Source: a virus (taxonomy: Duplodnaviria > Caudoviricetes). From it: DNA of 37,699 bases. The DNA is taken from IMG/VR virus record IMGVR_UViG_3300014208_001442, positions 1-37,699 of that record, one strand, 5' to 3'. The position numbers were made by a program, and so were the translations under genes. Below are positions 34,849 through 37,699 of the stretch, in pieces (the first letter of the stretch is position 1; each line of letters starts with the position of its first letter). A model generated the notes under the pieces. That model saw only the letters and a program-made list of their open reading frames with translations. It made no database searches and was not told the DNA's origin.

Positions 34849-36921
34849 TTACGTGTTGTAGCCTTGGAGCCGCTGTACGCCGTGGTCCGTCGAGAAGAGC
34901 ATGTCGCCCTTCCCGAGGAGCTGCTCCGCGCCGTCCTCGTCTAGCATCACCTGGCTGTCGACCTTCTTGGCCATGCGGAACACCGCCTTCACCGGGAAGT
35001 TGACCTTCACGTCGCCCGTGACGATCTTGGTGCTCGCGCGCTGCGTTGCGAGAACGATGTGGATTCCCGCCGCGCGGCCCTTCTGGGCGAGACGCTGGAT
35101 GTTGTCCGCGATTGTCGCCTCGTCCCCCTCGGTCTCCCGCTTCGTGACCTTGCCCTTCTTCGTGACCGTTTCCGTCACCGTGACGGCGCGAGGCTTCCTT
35201 CGCTCGTCACCGCTCACGAGGTCCGCGTACTCGTCGACCATCAGGAAGATCGGGGTCCACCCGGCCTCGCGCGCGTCGCGCTTCTTGGCTTCCCTGAGAC
35301 GCGCGTAACGGGCTTCCATCTCGACGACGAGGCCGGCGATCATCGCCGCGATCTCGTCGCGCTCCGTGGCGGCCCCGTACTGCGCGAATTCGACCTGCTT
35401 CGGGTCCGCGAGCTTCAATTCCGCACCGGTCTGGGAAAGCTGTCTGATGATCGAATGCAGGAACACGGACTTTCCCGAGCCGGACGATCCGGCCACGAGC
35501 ATGTGCGGGGCGTCGCGCAGGTCGAATCGGCAGATGTCGCCGTTGATCGTCTCGCCGATGGCAATCTCGTAGCCGGCAGCTGCCGGAAGCGTCGGGAACC
35601 GGCGCGTCGCGCGCGGAACCTCGAAGCCGACCAATGTCGTTCCAGGGATAGGCGCGAGGACGCGCACGGTGGTCGCGCCGAGCACCTGCTGGATGTCCTC
35701 CGCGTACTGCTTGATCCGGCTCATCTTCACGCCGATAGACGGCGAAAACCGGTACAGGTCGACCGTGGCACCCTCGATCACGCTGTCGAAGCGCAGGACG
35801 ATGCCGTGCTCCAGAAACTTGGTCTGGATCTTGTCGTTGTTTTTCATAGAGTCGTAGTTCATGCTCTTCGCCTCCGTCAGCTGCCCTTCCACCGCGCTCA
35901 TGAGCTTGCGGACGTTCGCGGCGCTCTGCATTTCCGATTTAAGTACCTCGGTCAGCGTCGACACCTGGTGCTTCTTCATCTCCTTCGCCGCCTGTTCCGG
36001 CACGTCGAGGCGCTGGATGTACGCCACGATCGACACCTCGTTGTCGAACATCGTGCGGACGTTCGGGACGTAGACCATTTCGCCGTTCAGCGCGCGCACC
36101 ATGTCCGCGAACAGGCGGAAATAGAAGTCGAAATACAGCTCGTTGTCGCCGAACACGATCTCGTATTCGCGTACCTGCGGCCCGCCGTCCTTGTTCTTGG
36201 TCGTCTTCACCTCCTCGTAAGTCAGCGAATACGGGGCCTCGCCGTACGCGGCATAGGCCAGCAGGTAATATTCGACCGCCTGGATGATCTTGCAGCCGTC
36301 GATCTTGTCGAGGTCGGAGAACGACGAGCAGGTCTTGTAGTCGCGGATCTTGAGGCGTCCCTTCGCGTCGCGCGTCGTGCGATCGATGTATCCCTTGAGT
36401 GGGACCGGGAGCGTGACCTTCTCTCCGCGCCAGTCGATGTCCACATCCGTCACCAGCTTCTCCTCGCAGGCGACCGTCGTCTCCGCGTCGCGCTTGGCGA
36501 ACTTCACGTACTCCGTGACGGCGAAGCTCACGCGTTCCAATGCCTTCTGCCGCACGTCCACGGTCTTGGAGTAGTTGATGAACCCTTCCGGATACGCGGC
36601 CATGTATTCCATCCCGGCCTCCAGCGCGAGCCTGATCGCCTCGCCCTCGTCGGAAGGCCCGTCCTTCGCGTAATAGACCTCCATCGCGTGATGGAACGCC
36701 TTGCCGATGACGGCGCTGACGTTCGTCGTCGTGTCGATCTCGTCGCGGTTGAGATATTTGATCTTGAAGAGGATCGGGTTGGTGGAAAACGAGATCATGG
36801 AGCTGGCCGAGATGTGGTCGAGCGGGAAGGCGTCGACCGGCCTGTCCTCATTTGCCGGTCGGAGCGTCACCAACGGTAGGCGATTCAACTTCGATGACTT
36901 TTTCTTCGTCGCTTTGGGCAT
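34849..36921 (-). CDS. PD-(D/E)XK nuclease - FtsK/SpoIIIE alpha-beta translocase fusion
   Basis: Nuclease: HISASS, IGKAFHHAME, LKGYIDR, IRDYKT, IQAVEY. FtsK alpha: EGATVDLYRFSPSIGVKMSRI...VRVLAPIPGTTLVGFEVP. ATPase: PHMLVAGSSGSGKS, DPKQVE, LMVDEYADL, LAQKGRAAGIHIVLATQR, GAEQLLGKGDML. Start refined to MPKATKKK. Confidence 0.92.
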   Translation of the reverse strand: MPKATKKKSSKLNRLPLVTLRPANEDRPVDAFPLDHISASSMISFSTNPILFKIKYLNRDEIDTTTNVSAVIGKAFHHAMEVYYAKDGPSDEGEAIRLALEAGMEYMAAYPEGFINYSKTVDVRQKALERVSFAVTEYVKFAKRDAETTVACEEKLVTDVDIDWRGEKVTLPVPLKGYIDRTTRDAKGRLKIRDYKTCSSFSDLDKIDGCKIIQAVEYYLLAYAAYGEAPYSLTYEEVKTTKNKDGGPQVREYEIVFGDNELYFDFYFRLFADMVRALNGEMVYVPNVRTMFDNEVSIVAYIQRLDVPEQAAKEMKKHQVSTLTEVLKSEMQSAANVRKLMSAVEGQLTEAKSMNYDSMKNNDKIQTKFLEHGIVLRFDSVIEGATVDLYRFSPSIGVKMSRIKQYAEDIQQVLGATTVRVLAPIPGTTLVGFEVPRATRRFPTLPAAAGYEIAIGETINGDICRFDLRDAPHMLVAGSSGSGKSVFLHSIIRQLSQTGAELKLADPKQVEFAQYGAATERDEIAAMIAGLVVEMEARYARLREAKKRDAREAGWTPIFLMVDEYADLVSGDERRKPRAVTVTETVTKKGKVTKRETEGDEATIADNIQRLAQKGRAAGIHIVLATQRASTKIVTGDVKVNFPVKAVFRMAKKVDSQVMLDEDGAEQLLGKGDMLFSTDHGVQRLQGYNT

Positions 36922-37699
36922 ATTCGGTCTGTTCGTTTTTAAGTAAGACGGCCCCGAGCTTGAGCTTGGGCGCGATGTCGGTGGATTCATCGAGCCGGTC
37001 GCCGATCACGCTGTCCTTGTTGTCCTCGCCGATGGCCTGGATCAGCTTCTCGTTCTTCGGCACCAGCTTCGCGGCCTGTTTCAGTACCGTCTTCTTCCAC
37101 ATCCACAGCTCTGGGTCGTTCTTCGGGTTCCACGGCGAATCGGGCTTGTCGAACGCCTTAGAGAACTTCTTTCCATGAGCGAGAATGTCCGTCGCGTTCA
37201 TGTACTTCGTTGCGGTCTCGCCGGACGGAAGCATGACGCGGACGAATGCGCCGATGGGAGCTCCGCGCTCCTCCATGCTCTTGCGGAGGTCGATCTTATG
37301 CGTGAGCTCCCCGTCTACCATCTCGTAGGTGTCGTTCTCGCGGATGATCTCGCCGACAATCTTCTTCACCCCCGAGCGGTAGAACAGCGTCACGAGCCCC
37401 TGGTATCCGATCTGGAACTGCGCCACGCCGCCGTACGGGATCACGTACGCCTCGCCCGACACGTCGCTCGGCATGAGTTCCAGCTGGGCCATGATCATGA
37501 AGCTGTTGATGACGCTCTCGGCAGTGCACTCCATCAGCTTCGGCTTTCGCTGTACCGCCGCGACCACGCCCGAGAGGAACCGGAGCGCCCTCTTCTCGTC
37601 CCCAAAGAAATTTTTGATCTGCTTCTGGTACTGGTTGGCGATCACGGATTTCAGGTCAGTGATATCCGTGAAGGGTTTGCTAAGCTTGTTTTTTTCCAT
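36848..37699 (-). CDS. recT: RecT-family ssDNA annealing protein
   Basis: PKLMECTAESV...AQLELMP...GEAYVIPY...AQFQIGYQGLVTLFYRSG...SPW...MWKKTVLK. Confidence 0.93.
   Translation of the reverse strand: MEKNKLSKPFTDITDLKSVIANQYQKQIKNFFGDEKRALRFLSGVVAAVQRKPKLMECTAESVINSFMIMAQLELMPSDVSGEAYVIPYGGVAQFQIGYQGLVTLFYRSGVKKIVGEIIRENDTYEMVDGELTHKIDLRKSMEERGAPIGAFVRVMLPSGETATKYMNATDILAHGKKFSKAFDKPDSPWNPKNDPELWMWKKTVLKQAAKLVPKNEKLIQAIGEDNKDSVIGDRLDESTDIAPKLKLGAVLLKNEQTEYAQSDEEKVIEVESPTVGDAPTGK

Larger units (their letters stand above)
1..37699 (-). mobile_element. Temperate podovirus-like phage/prophage; boundaries not visible in window
   Basis: Colinear recombination, replication, lysis, terminase, portal, capsid and tail modules plus tyrosine recombinase; no tape-measure or sheath gene recognised; no host housekeeping genes. 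Confidence 0.93.

Noticed and set aside
35059-36879. 606-aa plus-strand ORF
   Set aside because: Antisense shadow of the nuclease-FtsK gene caused by high-GC codon bias; no motifs
36922-36990. ORF-track N-terminal extensions (also 34613-34681, 31787-32143, 33257-33697, 25196-25291)
   Set aside because: They overlap upstream genes or structured gaps; downstream ATGs in TATG context fit family N-termini better

Overview
The window is a near-contiguous temperate-type tailed phage (or prophage) with podovirus-like gene order, about 60% GC by eye, standard genetic code, almost all genes on the minus strand. Reading the minus strand from right to left: RecT; a PD-(D/E)XK nuclease fused to an FtsK alpha/beta DNA-translocase motor; a replication initiator with internal iterons; small accessory genes; a cold-shock protein; a structured non-coding region containing an expanded tRNA-like element; a VRR-NUC nuclease; holin-like / papain-like peptidase / holin-like; TerS, TerL, portal, scaffold, N4-gp56-type major capsid; adaptor, nozzle and fibre proteins; three large probable ejection proteins. 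Then a plus-strand block (HTH regulator and four membrane-anchored genes) and a Xer-like tyrosine recombinase. Starts lack Shine-Dalgarno motifs and nearly all have T at -1 (TATG), which suggests a CPR/Patescibacteria-type host (inference). The most notable items are the RecT + nuclease-FtsK fusion module, the csp / structured-RNA / tRNA-like locus, a repeated intergenic GGAAACCGCC element in the head operon, and a repeated promoter-like motif. All family calls come from motif recognition by eye; no searches were run.
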